This document shows, piece after piece, positions 40,508 through 50,135 of a stretch of DNA of 64,000 bases; the first letter of the stretch is position 1, and each line of letters opens with the position of its first letter. The DNA is taken from contig JANXXK010000271.1 of the NCBI GenBank assembly GCA_025350685.1, positions 1,223-65,222 on the forward strand. The letters are read 5' to 3'. The stretch is from Alphaproteobacteria bacterium. GTDB taxonomy: Bacteria > Pseudomonadota > Alphaproteobacteria > Caulobacterales > Caulobacteraceae. Made by a program: the position numbers and the translations under genes. The notes below the pieces were generated by a model. It saw only the letters and a program-made list of their open reading frames with translations, ran no database searches and had not been told where the DNA came from.

Positions 40508-41719
40508 ATGCGCCGCGTCGTCGTCACCGGGATGGGGATCGTCTCCTCCATCGGCAACAACACCAACGAGGTGCTGGCGTCGCTGCGCGAGGCCAGGTCC
40601 GGCGTGTCGGCCGCGCCGGAGTACGCCGAGCTGGGTTTCCGCTGCCAGGTGCACGCCGCCCCGCAGATCGACTGGGAATCCATGGTCGACCGCCGCGCCG
40701 CGCGGTTCCTGGCCCAGGGCACGGCCTTCGGCCACCTGGCCATGGAGCAGGCGATCGCCGATTCCGGGCTGGAAGAGGCGGACGTTTCCAATGAGCGCAC
40801 CGGCCTGATCGTCGGCTCCGGCGGCCCCTCGACACGGGCTATCGTCGAGGCCGCCGAGATCACCCGAACCAAGGGCCCCAAGCGGGTCGGCCCGTTCGCC
40901 GTCCCCAAGGCGATGAGCTCCGGCGCCTCGGCGGTTCTGGCCACATGGTTCAAGATCAAGGGCCTGAACTTCTCGATCTCCTCGGCCTGCGCGACCTCGG
41001 CCCACTGTATCGGCGTCGGCTACGAGCAGATCGCCATGGGCAAGCAGGACATCGTCTTCGCCGGCGGCGTCGAGGAGCTGGACTGGACGCTGTCGGTCAT
41101 GTTCGACGCGATGGGTGCCATGAGCTCGAACTTCAACGCGACGCCCGCCGTGGCCAGTCGCGCCTATGACAAGGACCGCGATGGCTTCGTCATCGCCGGC
41201 GGCGGCGGCATCGTGGTGCTGGAAGAGTACGAGCACGCCAAGGCCCGCGGCGCCAAGATCCTGGGCGAGATCATCGGCTACGCGGCCAATTCCGACGGCT
41301 TCGACATGGTTGCCCCGTCCGGCGAGGGCGCGGTGCGCTGCATGAAGATGGCCATGTCGACCATCGGCGGGCGAACCATCGACTACCTGAACCCGCACGG
41401 CACCTCGACGCCGGTGGGCGACAGCCGCGAGATGGAGGCGGTCCGCGCGGTGTTCGGGGCCAAGCCGCCGTTGATCTCGTCCACCAAGTCGCTGACCGGC
41501 CACAGCCTGGGCGCGGCGGGAGCGCAGGAGGCGATCTATTGCCTCTTGATGCTCAACAACGGCTTCGCCTGCGAGAGCGCCAACATCGAGACCCTCGACC
41601 CGGAGTTCGCCGACCTGCCGATCCTGCGCCAGCGCTCGGACAAGCCGCTGGAGACGGTGATGTCGAACAGCTTCGGCTTCGGCGGGACCAACGGCTGCCT
41701 GGTGATGAGCAAGGTCTGA
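40508..41719 (+). CDS. fabB: Beta-ketoacyl-ACP synthase I
   Basis: [41 protein letters not shown]. Confidence 0.97.
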   Translation: MRRVVVTGMGIVSSIGNNTNEVLASLREARSGVSAAPEYAELGFRCQVHAAPQIDWESMVDRRAARFLAQGTAFGHLAMEQAIADSGLEEADVSNERTGLIVGSGGPSTRAIVEAAEITRTKGPKRVGPFAVPKAMSSGASAVLATWFKIKGLNFSISSACATSAHCIGVGYEQIAMGKQDIVFAGGVEELDWTLSVMFDAMGAMSSNFNATPAVASRAYDKDRDGFVIAGGGGIVVLEEYEHAKARGAKILGEIIGYAANSDGFDMVAPSGEGAVRCMKMAMSTIGGRTIDYLNPHGTSTPVGDSREMEAVRAVFGAKPPLISSTKSLTGHSLGAAGAQEAIYCLLMLNNGFACESANIETLDPEFADLPILRQRSDKPLETVMSNSFGFGGTNGCLVMSKV

Positions 41720-41801
41720 GGCGCTCGCCGGGGCTTTCCAGGATGACACCCAAGACTTGATCGTCCACAACCTCGCCCAGCGGGGCGAGGGAGGCTGAGA
41801 C

Positions 41802-42623
41802 GTGGCCGAAGACTATCAGATGCTCAAGGGCGAGCTCATGCGCGGCAAGCGCGGGATCGTCACCGGCGTGGCCAACCACCAGTCGATCGCCTGGGGGATC
41901 GCCAGCCAGCTGGCCGCCCAGGGCGCGGAGATGGCCTTCCTGCATCTGCCCGGCATGGAGCGCAGGGTTGAGCCGCTCGCAGAGAGCATCGGGGTCAAGG
42001 TTCTTGCGCCCGTCGACGTCACCGACGACGCTTCGATGGACGCGGCCTTCGCTAAGGTGAAGCAGGCGTTCGGGACCATCGACTTCTTCGTCCACGCTAT
42101 CGCCTCCGCCAACCGCGACGAGCTGAAGGGCTCGTTCGTCGAGAACACCACCCGCGAGGGCTTTTTGCGGGCGATGGAAATCTCGGCCTTCAGTTTCGTC
42201 GACTGCGCCCGGCGGGCCGCGGCGCTGATGCCGCAGACCGGCGGCTCGATCATCACGCTGACCTACATGGGCTCGGAGCGCGCGATCCCGAACTACAACA
42301 CCATGGGCGTGGCCAAGGCCGCGCTGGAAGCCGCCGTGCGCTATGCGGCCCGCGACCTGGGCCCGAAGGGGATTCGGGTGAACGCCCTGTCGCCCGGGGC
42401 CATGCGCACCATATCGCTGGCCGGGATCTCCGGCGGGCGCGCCATGCTGGCCAAGGGCCGGGCGCTGTCGGCGATGCAGGAGGACACCTCGATGGAGGGC
42501 GTAGCCGGCGCGGCGCTGTGGCTGGCCTCCGACCTCGGCCGTTCGACCACCGGCGAGGTGGTCCACGTGGACGCCGGCTTCCACATCATGGGCTTCAAGG
42601 AAGACGAAGCCGCGGAAAGCTAG
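41802..42623 (+). CDS. fabI: Enoyl-ACP reductase
   Basis: GVANHQSIAWGIA, YNTMGVAKAALE, TGEVVHVDAG. Confidence 0.95.
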   Translation: MAEDYQMLKGELMRGKRGIVTGVANHQSIAWGIASQLAAQGAEMAFLHLPGMERRVEPLAESIGVKVLAPVDVTDDASMDAAFAKVKQAFGTIDFFVHAIASANRDELKGSFVENTTREGFLRAMEISAFSFVDCARRAAALMPQTGGSIITLTYMGSERAIPNYNTMGVAKAALEAAVRYAARDLGPKGIRVNALSPGAMRTISLAGISGGRAMLAKGRALSAMQEDTSMEGVAGAALWLASDLGRSTTGEVVHVDAGFHIMGFKEDEAAES

Positions 42624-42626
42624 GCC

Positions 42627-43235
42627 CTAAGGCGCGTAGGCCTTCAGGAACCGCGCCGTCGCCTCGGTGGCGATGCGATCGAGGTCGGCGTCGGCGAGGG
42701 ACTGGGGAACGCCCAGCATCACCGCCATCTGGCGGGTCGAGACCACCATGCCGCCGAAGAACTCCGCGGCCTCGGCCGGGTCGGGGCAGGCCAGGCGTCC
42801 GGCCCTCGTCTCGGCGGCCAGGAAGTCGGCGAGGCGGCGGCGGCTGGCGCGCGGCCCGGCCTCGAAGATCGCCTGGGAGATGTCGGGCATGGTGTCGGCG
42901 CCCAGCATGGCCATGCGGAACAACGACGCGCCCTTTGGATCGAGCAGCACGCGCAGCAGCACCCGGGCGTAGGCGGCCAGGGCGCCGCGCGGGTCTTCGA
43001 GCGCGTCGGGCGCATCCAGGGCGGCGGTGACCTCGGCGGCCCGCCGCGCGGCGATCACCCGGACCAGCTCGTCCTTGGAGCCGTAGTGATTGTAGATCGT
43101 CTGTTTGGAGACCCCGGCGCGCCGCGCGATCTCCTCCATCGGCGCGGACAGCCCGCGCTCGGACAGGATGTCGACGGCCGCATCGAGGATGGCCTGGGTC
43201 TTGGCGACATCGATCTGTCCAGCCGCCCGCGCCAT
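42627..43235 (-). CDS. TetR/AcrR family regulator, last gene of the emrAB operon
   Basis: ILDAAVDILSERG...MEEIARRAGVSKQTIYNHYGSKDEL. Confidence 0.93.
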   Translation of the reverse strand: MARAAGQIDVAKTQAILDAAVDILSERGLSAPMEEIARRAGVSKQTIYNHYGSKDELVRVIAARRAAEVTAALDAPDALEDPRGALAAYARVLLRVLLDPKGASLFRMAMLGADTMPDISQAIFEAGPRASRRRLADFLAAETRAGRLACPDPAEAAEFFGGMVVSTRQMAVMLGVPQSLADADLDRIATEATARFLKAYAP

Positions 43236-44869
43236 CAGTGACCCGCGACGCTGTCGGCGCGGTTCATGGCCGAGCCCGGCCGCGCGAACAGTCCCAGAAG
43301 GGCCGCGAACCACGACGCCGCGGCGAGGGCAGCGAAGGCGTCGCCGAAGCTCAACACCGCCGCCTGCCGATGCATCAGGCTGCTCATGGCCTTGCTCGCG
43401 GTGGCGCCGGGATCGGCCACGCCGCCGGCGGCCATCATCTGGTTCAGGCCATCCATCAGCTCCACGCTGGTCGGATTCGCCTGGCTTGCGGCGCTGGTGA
43501 GATCCATGAAATGCACCGCCATCTGATGACTGAGAATGGTCGACAGCATCGCCAGGCCGATCGCGCCGGCGACATTGCGGATCAGATTGATCAGGCCAGA
43601 GGCGTCTTTCATCATCTGCACCGGCAGGGTGGCGACGCTGAGTTGCTGGGCGGCGACCATGGCGAGCATGGTGCCGAAGCCGCGGGCTGCCTGCAGGACG
43701 AAGAACTCGCGAAAACCCCATTGATCGGTGACGTGGATCGCCAGTCCGACCGCCCAGGCGGACAACGCGAACCCGCCGACGATCGCGATGCGCGCGTCGA
43801 TCATCCGGACGACCCGCCCAATCAGCGGCGCGGTCAGGAACATGGTCAGGCCGGTGACCAGCATGGTCGTTCCCACCTCGGCGGAGGAAAAGCCACGCAC
43901 CCGCCCGAGGTAGAGCGGCATGAGGAAGGTTCCGCCAAACATGCTGACCCCAGTGACAAAGGTCAGCACCACGCCGAGCGTGAAATTGGAGTCAGAGAAA
44001 GGCTTCAGGGACACGATGGGCTGCCAGTAGCTCAGCTGACGCCAGATGAAAGCCGCGCCGGCGAGCGCCGCGGCGATGGTCAGCCAGAGAATCTTGGAGT
44101 CGTCGAACCAGCCGTCGCCGCTCCCTTCCTCGAGCACGTATTGCAGCGACAGGAGGCACACCGACATCAAGGCCAGGCCCCACCAGTCGATACCCTTCGA
44201 CAGGTTCGGATCGCCCTTGTCGAAATCGGCGTATCGCCCGACCAGAAAGATCACCAGCGCGCCGACCGGAATGTTGATGAAGAACAGCCAGCGCCAGTTG
44301 AGGAGTTCGGTGATGTGGCCGCCCAGCGTGGGGCCGATGGTCGAGGAAAGCGTGACGATCAGTCCCACGGTGACGTTCGCGACCAGGCGACGTTCCGGCG
44401 GGAAAATCGTCATGGCCGTGGCGAACACCGGTGGGATCATCGCGCCGGCGAACAGACCCTGCATCGCCCGGAACACGATCATCATCGCTACGGACGAGGA
44501 GAGCCCGACCGCCGCTGAGGTCACGACGAAACCCACGACTGCGACGACGTAGAAAATCCGCGTGCCCCACATCTTGGTCAGGTAGGCGGTCAGCGGCATG
44601 ATCACGACCTCCGCCAGGAGATAGATGGTCTGCACCCAGGAAATCTCGTCGGCCGACGCACTGATCCCCGACTGGATCTGGGTCAGGGAGCTGGCGACGA
44701 TCTGGATGTCGAGCATGGCCATGAACTGGCCGACGATCATCCCGCCGAAGCCCAGGAAGACCTTGGTCCAGTTGACCGCCTGACCGTCGGCGCCGAGCTC
44801 CACCGAGGGTGGGCGCCCGGCTGCAGGCGTCAGGGTGGCCCCTGCCTGCGAATATGGGGCGTCAGCCAT
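43235..44869 (-). CDS. EmrB/QacA DHA2 MFS efflux permease
   Basis: FMAMLDIQIV, WVQTIYL, FRAMQG..AG, GPTLGG, WRWLFFINIPVG; 14 TMs. Confidence 0.93.
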   Translation of the reverse strand: MADAPYSQAGATLTPAAGRPPSVELGADGQAVNWTKVFLGFGGMIVGQFMAMLDIQIVASSLTQIQSGISASADEISWVQTIYLLAEVVIMPLTAYLTKMWGTRIFYVVAVVGFVVTSAAVGLSSSVAMMIVFRAMQGLFAGAMIPPVFATAMTIFPPERRLVANVTVGLIVTLSSTIGPTLGGHITELLNWRWLFFINIPVGALVIFLVGRYADFDKGDPNLSKGIDWWGLALMSVCLLSLQYVLEEGSGDGWFDDSKILWLTIAAALAGAAFIWRQLSYWQPIVSLKPFSDSNFTLGVVLTFVTGVSMFGGTFLMPLYLGRVRGFSSAEVGTTMLVTGLTMFLTAPLIGRVVRMIDARIAIVGGFALSAWAVGLAIHVTDQWGFREFFVLQAARGFGTMLAMVAAQQLSVATLPVQMMKDASGLINLIRNVAGAIGLAMLSTILSHQMAVHFMDLTSAASQANPTSVELMDGLNQMMAAGGVADPGATASKAMSSLMHRQAAVLSFGDAFAALAAASWFAALLGLFARPGSAMNRADSVAGH

Positions 44870-44877
44870 CGCCAGGC

Positions 44878-45969
44878 CTAGCGGCGGGCGACGACGGCCG
44901 GCGAGGCGGCCGCATCGGCGAAGCTGACGCCGGTCTTACTGGTGACGTCGACCTTGACCTCGACCGACAGGCCGGGGCGCAGCGCCCCGGACAGCGGCTG
45001 GCTCCTGTCGACGGCGATCTTCACCGGCAGGCGTTGCGCGATCTTGGTGAAGTTGCCGACGGCGTTCTCCACCGGGATCAGGGCAAACTCTGCGCCGGTG
45101 GCCGGGGCGAAGCTGTCGATCCGGCCCTTGATCGACCGGTCCCCGAAAGCGTCGGCGCGGATTTCCACCGGCTGGCCGACGCGCAGGCGCGAGACCTGGG
45201 TCTCCTTGAAGTTGGCGACCACATAGGCCTCGTTCAGCGGCACGATGGTGAGCAGCGCCCCGCCGGGCCGTACATACTGGCCGACGCGAACGCCGCGCGC
45301 GCCGACGACGCCGGCCGCCGGGCTGCGGATCTCGGTGCGGCTAAGGTCGATGCGGGCCTGGTCGACCGCGGCGCGGGCCGCGGCGGCCTGGGCCACCGTC
45401 TGCTCGCGAGCCGAGCCCAGGGAGGCGGCGGCCTGACGCTCGGCGGCGAGCGTCGCGGTGGCCTGGTCCACGGCGGCGGCGGCCTGGGCCTGGGCGGCGC
45501 TGGCGGTCTGCGTCCGTTGGGTGGACGAATAGCCGGACTTCTGCAGCGAGCCGTACCGCGCGAGTTCGGCGGCGGTCAACTCGGCTTGGGCCTTGGCGCT
45601 GGCCACGCCGGCCGCCTTCTGGGCGATCATCGCCAGTTCCAGCTTGGCCTTGTCGTCCACCTGGCGGACGCCCGCCTCCAGCGCCTGCGCATTGGCCTGG
45701 GCCTGGACGAGGCGGGCCTGGATCGAAGCCGGATCGATGCGCACCAAAAGGTCGCCCGGCTTGACGGTCTGGTTGTCGGCCACGGCGACCTCGATCACCG
45801 AGCCCTCGATCAGGGGGGCGACGGAGACCTTGTCGGCGGCGACGAAGGCGTTGTCGGTCTTCTCGTAGTGCTGGCGGTCGGCCCACCACAGCGCGCCGCC
45901 GACGACCACCGCCACCGCAACAATGCCGGCGGCCAGCATCGGAACCAGACGTTTCGGCGACCTCGCCAT
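44878..45969 (-). CDS. EmrA/HlyD periplasmic adaptor
   Basis: TDNAFV, TEIRSPAAG, ANFKETQ, FALIP.ENAVGNFTKIAQRLPVKI. Confidence 0.93.
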   Translation of the reverse strand: MARSPKRLVPMLAAGIVAVAVVVGGALWWADRQHYEKTDNAFVAADKVSVAPLIEGSVIEVAVADNQTVKPGDLLVRIDPASIQARLVQAQANAQALEAGVRQVDDKAKLELAMIAQKAAGVASAKAQAELTAAELARYGSLQKSGYSSTQRTQTASAAQAQAAAAVDQATATLAAERQAAASLGSAREQTVAQAAAARAAVDQARIDLSRTEIRSPAAGVVGARGVRVGQYVRPGGALLTIVPLNEAYVVANFKETQVSRLRVGQPVEIRADAFGDRSIKGRIDSFAPATGAEFALIPVENAVGNFTKIAQRLPVKIAVDRSQPLSGALRPGLSVEVKVDVTSKTGVSFADAAASPAVVARR

Positions 45970-45986
45970 GGCGTCTTCCTTTGAAA

Positions 45987-46057
45987 ATTGGACTCTACAG
46001 TCCAATCCATCACACCCAACGCGTTATCGGCAAGTGAAAAGTGGACTGGCGGGTCCA
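45987..46057. promoter_or_regulatory. Two probable TetR operators upstream of emrA
   Basis: Perfect ATTGGACT-ctac-AGTCCAAT (45987-46006) and degenerate TGGACT-ggcg-GGTCCA (46042-46057), both with a 4-nt spacer. Confidence 0.7.
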
Positions 46058-46080
46058 GAAAACCTGCCGGCGCCGACAGC

Positions 46081-46119
46081 CCCTCTGGACGGCCCCCTCT
46101 GGACGGCCCCCTCTGGACG
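46081..46119. repeat. 14-bp tandem repeat x2.8 (ccctctggacggcc)
   Basis: Read directly in the emrA / ubi divergent intergenic region. Confidence 0.9.
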
Positions 46120-46150
46120 AATGACCGGCTTCGTGGGCGTATCGCGCTCG

Positions 46151-47401
46151 ATGAGCGAGACTTCAGCAGACGTGATCATCGCCGGCGCGGGCATCGCGGG
46201 CGCGACCCTGGCGCTGGCCCTGCAGCAGTCCGGCCTGACCCCGGTGCTGGTCGATCCGGTGGTGTTCGACGCCCAGGTCGCGCCGACCTTCGACGGGCGG
46301 GCCTCGGCGATTGCCTATGCGGCCTTCCGTCAGTGGAGGGCGCTGGGCCTGGCGCCCGATCTGGAGCCGCACGCCCAACGGATCGAACAGATCCTGGTCA
46401 CCGACGGCAAGACGCCGGGCGCCTCGACCGGCGGGCCGGGGCCGTTCTTCCTTCAGTTCGATAGCGCCGAGATCGCCGACAGCTCTGACGGCGAGCCGCT
46501 CGGCTATCTGATCGAGAACCGCCATATCCGCGCGGCGCTGGCCAAGGCGGTGATCGCGGCCGGCATCGAGGTGCTGGCCCCGGCGCGGGTGGCGAGCGCG
46601 GCGTTCGAAGCGCGTGAGGCGGTGGTCACCCTGGCAGATGGGCGCCGGCTGAACGCCCCGGTGGCGGTAGGCGCTGAGGGGCGGGGCTCGATCATCCGCC
46701 GCGAGGCCGGGATCGGCGCGGTCGGCTGGGACTATCCGCAGACCGGCGTGGTGGCGACCGTGCGGCTTGAGCGCCCGCACGAGGGGGTGGCCTACGAGCA
46801 TTTCCTGCCCGGCGGCCCCTTCGCCATCCTGCCGCTCACCGACAGCCGGGCGAGCCTGGTCTGGACCGAGAGCAACGCCAGGGCCGCCGCCTTGAAGGCC
46901 GCCCGCCCCGAGGTGTTCCACGCCCACCTGCAGCGCCGGTTCGGCGACTTCGTCGGCGAGGCGACGGTCGAAGGCCCTGTGTTCACCTATCCGCTGAGCC
47001 TGCAGTTGTCCGAGCGGCTGGTCGCGCCCCGCGCTGCGCTGTTGGGCGACGCCGCCCACGGTATCCATCCGGTGGCCGGCCAGGGGCTGAACCTGGGGCT
47101 GAAGAGTGTTGCGGCCCTGGCCGAAACCCTGGTCGACGCTTCGCGCCTCGGCGAGGACATCGGCTCGGAGGTGGTGCTGGAGCGCTACGCGGCCTGGCGG
47201 CGCTTCGACACCGTCGCCATTGCGGCGGGCGCCGACGCCTTCGTGCGGCTGTTTTCCAACGACAACCCGCTGCTGCGCCTGGCCCGCGGCGCCGGCATGG
47301 CCGCGGTCAACCGCATCGGCCCGGCGCGGCGGTTCTTCATGAGCGAGGCCGGCGGCGCGGTCGGCGACCTGCCGAAGCTGCTACGGGGCGACGCGCTGTA
47401 A
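46151..47401 (+). CDS. UbiH/UbiF/COQ6 family FAD-dependent ubiquinone hydroxylase
   Basis: IAGAGIAG, DGRASAI, GAEGRGS, LGDAAHGIHPVAGQGLNLG. Confidence 0.93.
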   Translation: MSETSADVIIAGAGIAGATLALALQQSGLTPVLVDPVVFDAQVAPTFDGRASAIAYAAFRQWRALGLAPDLEPHAQRIEQILVTDGKTPGASTGGPGPFFLQFDSAEIADSSDGEPLGYLIENRHIRAALAKAVIAAGIEVLAPARVASAAFEAREAVVTLADGRRLNAPVAVGAEGRGSIIRREAGIGAVGWDYPQTGVVATVRLERPHEGVAYEHFLPGGPFAILPLTDSRASLVWTESNARAAALKAARPEVFHAHLQRRFGDFVGEATVEGPVFTYPLSLQLSERLVAPRAALLGDAAHGIHPVAGQGLNLGLKSVAALAETLVDASRLGEDIGSEVVLERYAAWRRFDTVAIAAGADAFVRLFSNDNPLLRLARGAGMAAVNRIGPARRFFMSEAGGAVGDLPKLLRGDAL

Positions 47402-47406
47402 AAGTC

Positions 47407-47628
47407 ATGAAGCGCTACCTCGTTCTTTATGACTACGGGACGGGCGGTGTCTGGGCGACGATGGCTGCGGGAAGCGCCGAGGCGATTGCGCAGAAATATC
47501 CCCTGCTGGCCGTGGTGGCTCGACCTGATTGGATGACGGACCAGATCTATGAGGGCCTCACCGCTTACAGTCTGGAGCAAGAGGCGGACGATTTTCTTCG
47601 TGCGCTGAGCGCTGAAGCCGCAAGCTAG
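47407..47628 (+). CDS. Small hypothetical protein (73 aa)
   Basis: MKRYLVLYDYGTGGVWATMAAGSAEAIAQKYP...RPDWMTD; visibly lower GC than its neighbours. Confidence 0.7.
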   Translation: MKRYLVLYDYGTGGVWATMAAGSAEAIAQKYPLLAVVARPDWMTDQIYEGLTAYSLEQEADDFLRALSAEAAS

Positions 47629-47646
47629 ACCGCCACTATGTCTCAG

Positions 47647-47748
47647 CGTCATGGCCGGGCTTGTCCAGGCCACCCATAGACACCGTCGCTGCGGGCTTGC
47701 CCGGGGCGGTCGCGCGTATGGGTTCCCGGCACAAGGCCGGGAATGACG
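47647..47748. repeat. Long REP/RPE-like palindromic element (copy C)
   Basis: cgtcatggccgggcttgtccaggccacccata...tatgggttcccggcacaaggccgggaatgacg; terminal inverted repeats of the common alphaproteobacterial type. Confidence 0.8.
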
Positions 47749-47770
47749 ATCTAACATGATGGACCGGAGA

Positions 47771-48250
47771 CTAGTCCGGACTCGTCAGCGTGTAGTGCGA
47801 GGCCATCACGCATCGCGGGGTGTCTCCCTCGATGATCAGGCTGGCGAGCTGGCCGATCCCGGGGACGAAGTAGAAGGCGCCCGCCTTGGAGGTGACGGTG
47901 AGCACCGCCGGGCTGGTGAACTGGCAGACCTTGCGGACGCCGAAGCCGGTTCCGCCCTGCGTATGCACGTCCGAGCAACTGGCGTTGCCGGCGTGGCGGC
48001 CGATGGCGATACCGTCGTAGTCGAAAACCTTTTCCGCGCGCTGATGCTGGGCGGCCCATTGGGCGGCGGTCAGCGACGGACAGGGCGCGCCCTGGATGTC
48101 CCAGGCCTTGGCGACAGCGACGTGGGCGGCGCGGTCCTTGACGTAGCTGACCGTGACGATCGCGGTGGCGATGCCCAGGCCGATCACGGCGACCAGCGCG
48201 TGCGCCAGGCCGATGCGCCGGACGCGACCGCTGTAGTCCCTAGTCGGCAT
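47771..48250 (-). CDS. Membrane-anchored hypothetical protein with 4 Cys
   Basis: N-terminal TM, then CP..., SCSD, VCQF, RCVM; overlaps the Trm112 gene end. Confidence 0.7.
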   Translation of the reverse strand: MPTRDYSGRVRRIGLAHALVAVIGLGIATAIVTVSYVKDRAAHVAVAKAWDIQGAPCPSLTAAQWAAQHQRAEKVFDYDGIAIGRHAGNASCSDVHTQGGTGFGVRKVCQFTSPAVLTVTSKAGAFYFVPGIGQLASLIIEGDTPRCVMASHYTLTSPD

Positions 48251-48452
48251 CGGAGAGCTCGCGGGCCTCCTCCGGCAGCATGATCGGCACCCCCTCGCGT
48301 ATCGGATAGGCCAGCCGCGCGGCGCGGCTGATCAGCTCGCCGGCGGCGCGGTCGTATTCCAGCGGCGCGCGGGTGACCGGACAGACCAGCACCTCCAGCA
48401 GGCGCGGATCGATCTCGACATCTACGGGCGGCGGCGCGGGTGTTTCGGCCAT
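48240..48452 (-). CDS. Trm112/YcaR family protein
   Basis: [17 protein letters not shown]...[17 protein letters not shown]. Confidence 0.93.
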   Translation of the reverse strand: MAETPAPPPVDVEIDPRLLEVLVCPVTRAPLEYDRAAGELISRAARLAYPIREGVPIMLPEEARELSDAD

Positions 48453-48479
48453 GGGAGGACTCCGAAGAAGGAAATATTA

Positions 48480-49142
48480 CTACTGTAAAGAATGACCTTC
48501 GTCATCCCCATCCTCGACCCCGTCGATCTCCAGCAGGGTGGCGAGGGTCTCAAAACGGCCGGACAGGTTCGGGGCCTCCAGCAGCGCCTGCTTCTCGGCC
48601 GGCTCGAAGGGCAGGCCCATGGACAACGAATTGACCAGCGCTTCCAGGGGCGCGGTCTGGGCAGTCTCCCAGTCGATGTCGAGCTCGCGGCGGTTGAGGT
48701 AGCGCTTCAGGGCCTTGGCGAAGCGGTCGCGTGCGGCGGCCGAGGCCTGGGTGCCTTGACCCTCGCCGAGATCGGCCTCGAACCGGTCATAGCCCGCGCG
48801 AAGCTGCCGATAGGGGGTGTGGAACGCCAGCTCCTCGCCGGCGTGGAAGCGGCAGACGCCGGTCAGGGTGATCAGGTAGCGGCCGTCGGAGGTCTCGGCG
48901 TAGCTGGTGATGCGGCCGGCGCAGCCGACTTTGGCCAGCTTCGGGCGCTCGCGGTCGCCGCCGGCCTTGGTCTGGATCATGCCGATCACCCGGTCGCCGG
49001 CCATGACGTCGTCGACCATGTTCAAGTAGCGGGGCTCGAAGATCTGCAGCGGCAGGTCGGCGCCGGGCAGGAGCAGCGCCCCGTCCAGCGGGAATACCGG
49101 GATCATCTGCGGCAGGTCGGCGATGTGTCGGTAGGCGGCCAT
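48480..49142 (-). CDS. LON N-terminal (substrate-binding) domain protein
   Basis: IPVFPL...LLPG..LPLQIFEPRYLNMV, VGCAGRIT, EKQALLEA. Confidence 0.93.
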   Translation of the reverse strand: MAAYRHIADLPQMIPVFPLDGALLLPGADLPLQIFEPRYLNMVDDVMAGDRVIGMIQTKAGGDRERPKLAKVGCAGRITSYAETSDGRYLITLTGVCRFHAGEELAFHTPYRQLRAGYDRFEADLGEGQGTQASAAARDRFAKALKRYLNRRELDIDWETAQTAPLEALVNSLSMGLPFEPAEKQALLEAPNLSGRFETLATLLEIDGVEDGDDEGHSLQ

Positions 49143-49161
49143 AGCGCCTCCCTTCCGGGCG

Positions 49162-50064
49162 TCAGCTGAACAGGATCGATGAGAGCTTGCGTCGGCCCTG
49201 GCGGGCCACCTCGGAGCCCGGTCCAGCGGCCTCGAACACAACCAGCAACTGCTTGCGCGCCGCCTCGTCGTTCCAGGCGCGGTCCTTGGCGATGATGGTG
49301 AGCAGCGCCTCGGCCGCCAGGTCGAGCCGCTGCGCGCCGGCCAACGCCTTGGCCAACTCAAAGCGGGCCTCGTGGTCGTCGGGGTCCTTGGCCAGCCGGG
49401 CCTCGAAGGCGGCGGTGTCGGAGGGGGCCTGGGCGGCCAGCGCGAGCGCGGCGCGGACGCTGTCGAGGTCGGGGTCCTTGGCGTCCGGCGCGGCCATGGC
49501 GACGACCTCGCCGGCGCGCTCGGTGTCGCCGCCCGCGAGGTAGACCTTGGCCAGGCCGCCCAGCGCCTTGGGATTCTGCGGGTCGGCCTGGAGGACCTGG
49601 GCGTAGGCCTGGGCCGCGCCGCCCATGTCGCCGACCGCCAGCGACTCCTTGGCGAGGTCCAACAGGTCGTCGAGCGGCGAGCCACCGCCCTTTTTCATCT
49701 TGGCCAGCTTGTCGACGAAGGCCTTCACCTGGCTGTCGGGCAGCGCGCCCATGAAGCTGTCCACCGGCTTGCCGTCGACGAAGGCGAAGACCGCCGGGAT
49801 CGACTGCACGCGCAGCTGGCCGGCGTAAGCCGGGTTCTTGTCGATATCGACCTTGACCAGCTTCACCGCGCCCTTGGCCGCGGTGACCGCCTTTTCCAGC
49901 GCCGGGCCCAGTTGGCGGCAGGGGCCACACCAGGTCGCCCAGAAGTCGACGATCACCGGCTGCTCGCGGCTGGCGTCCAGCACGTCGGCCGCGAAGCTGG
50001 CGTCGGTCGTGTCCTTGATAATCTCGCCGACCGGCTTGCCGGCGGCCTCTCCGATCAGGCTCAT
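49162..50064 (-). CDS. cnoX: Thioredoxin-TPR chaperedoxin CnoX/YbbN
   Basis: VDFWATWCGPCRQLGP, QSIPAV, TPR region, WNDEAARKQLL, GRRKLSSILFS. Confidence 0.93.
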   Translation of the reverse strand: MSLIGEAAGKPVGEIIKDTTDASFAADVLDASREQPVIVDFWATWCGPCRQLGPALEKAVTAAKGAVKLVKVDIDKNPAYAGQLRVQSIPAVFAFVDGKPVDSFMGALPDSQVKAFVDKLAKMKKGGGSPLDDLLDLAKESLAVGDMGGAAQAYAQVLQADPQNPKALGGLAKVYLAGGDTERAGEVVAMAAPDAKDPDLDSVRAALALAAQAPSDTAAFEARLAKDPDDHEARFELAKALAGAQRLDLAAEALLTIIAKDRAWNDEAARKQLLVVFEAAGPGSEVARQGRRKLSSILFS

Positions 50065-50106
50065 GCCCTGGTCCTCGCCTCGAACTCTAATACGCCCCAC
50101 GCCCCA

Positions 50107-50135
50107 AGATGGTCCTGCGCGGCGCTCGCTTCAAC
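50107..50135 (-). promoter_or_regulatory. sigma32 (RpoH) promoter for cnoX-LON_N-Trm112
   Basis: Minus strand GTTGAA-N16-ACCATCT; the -35 element overlaps the proX stop codon. Confidence 0.6.
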
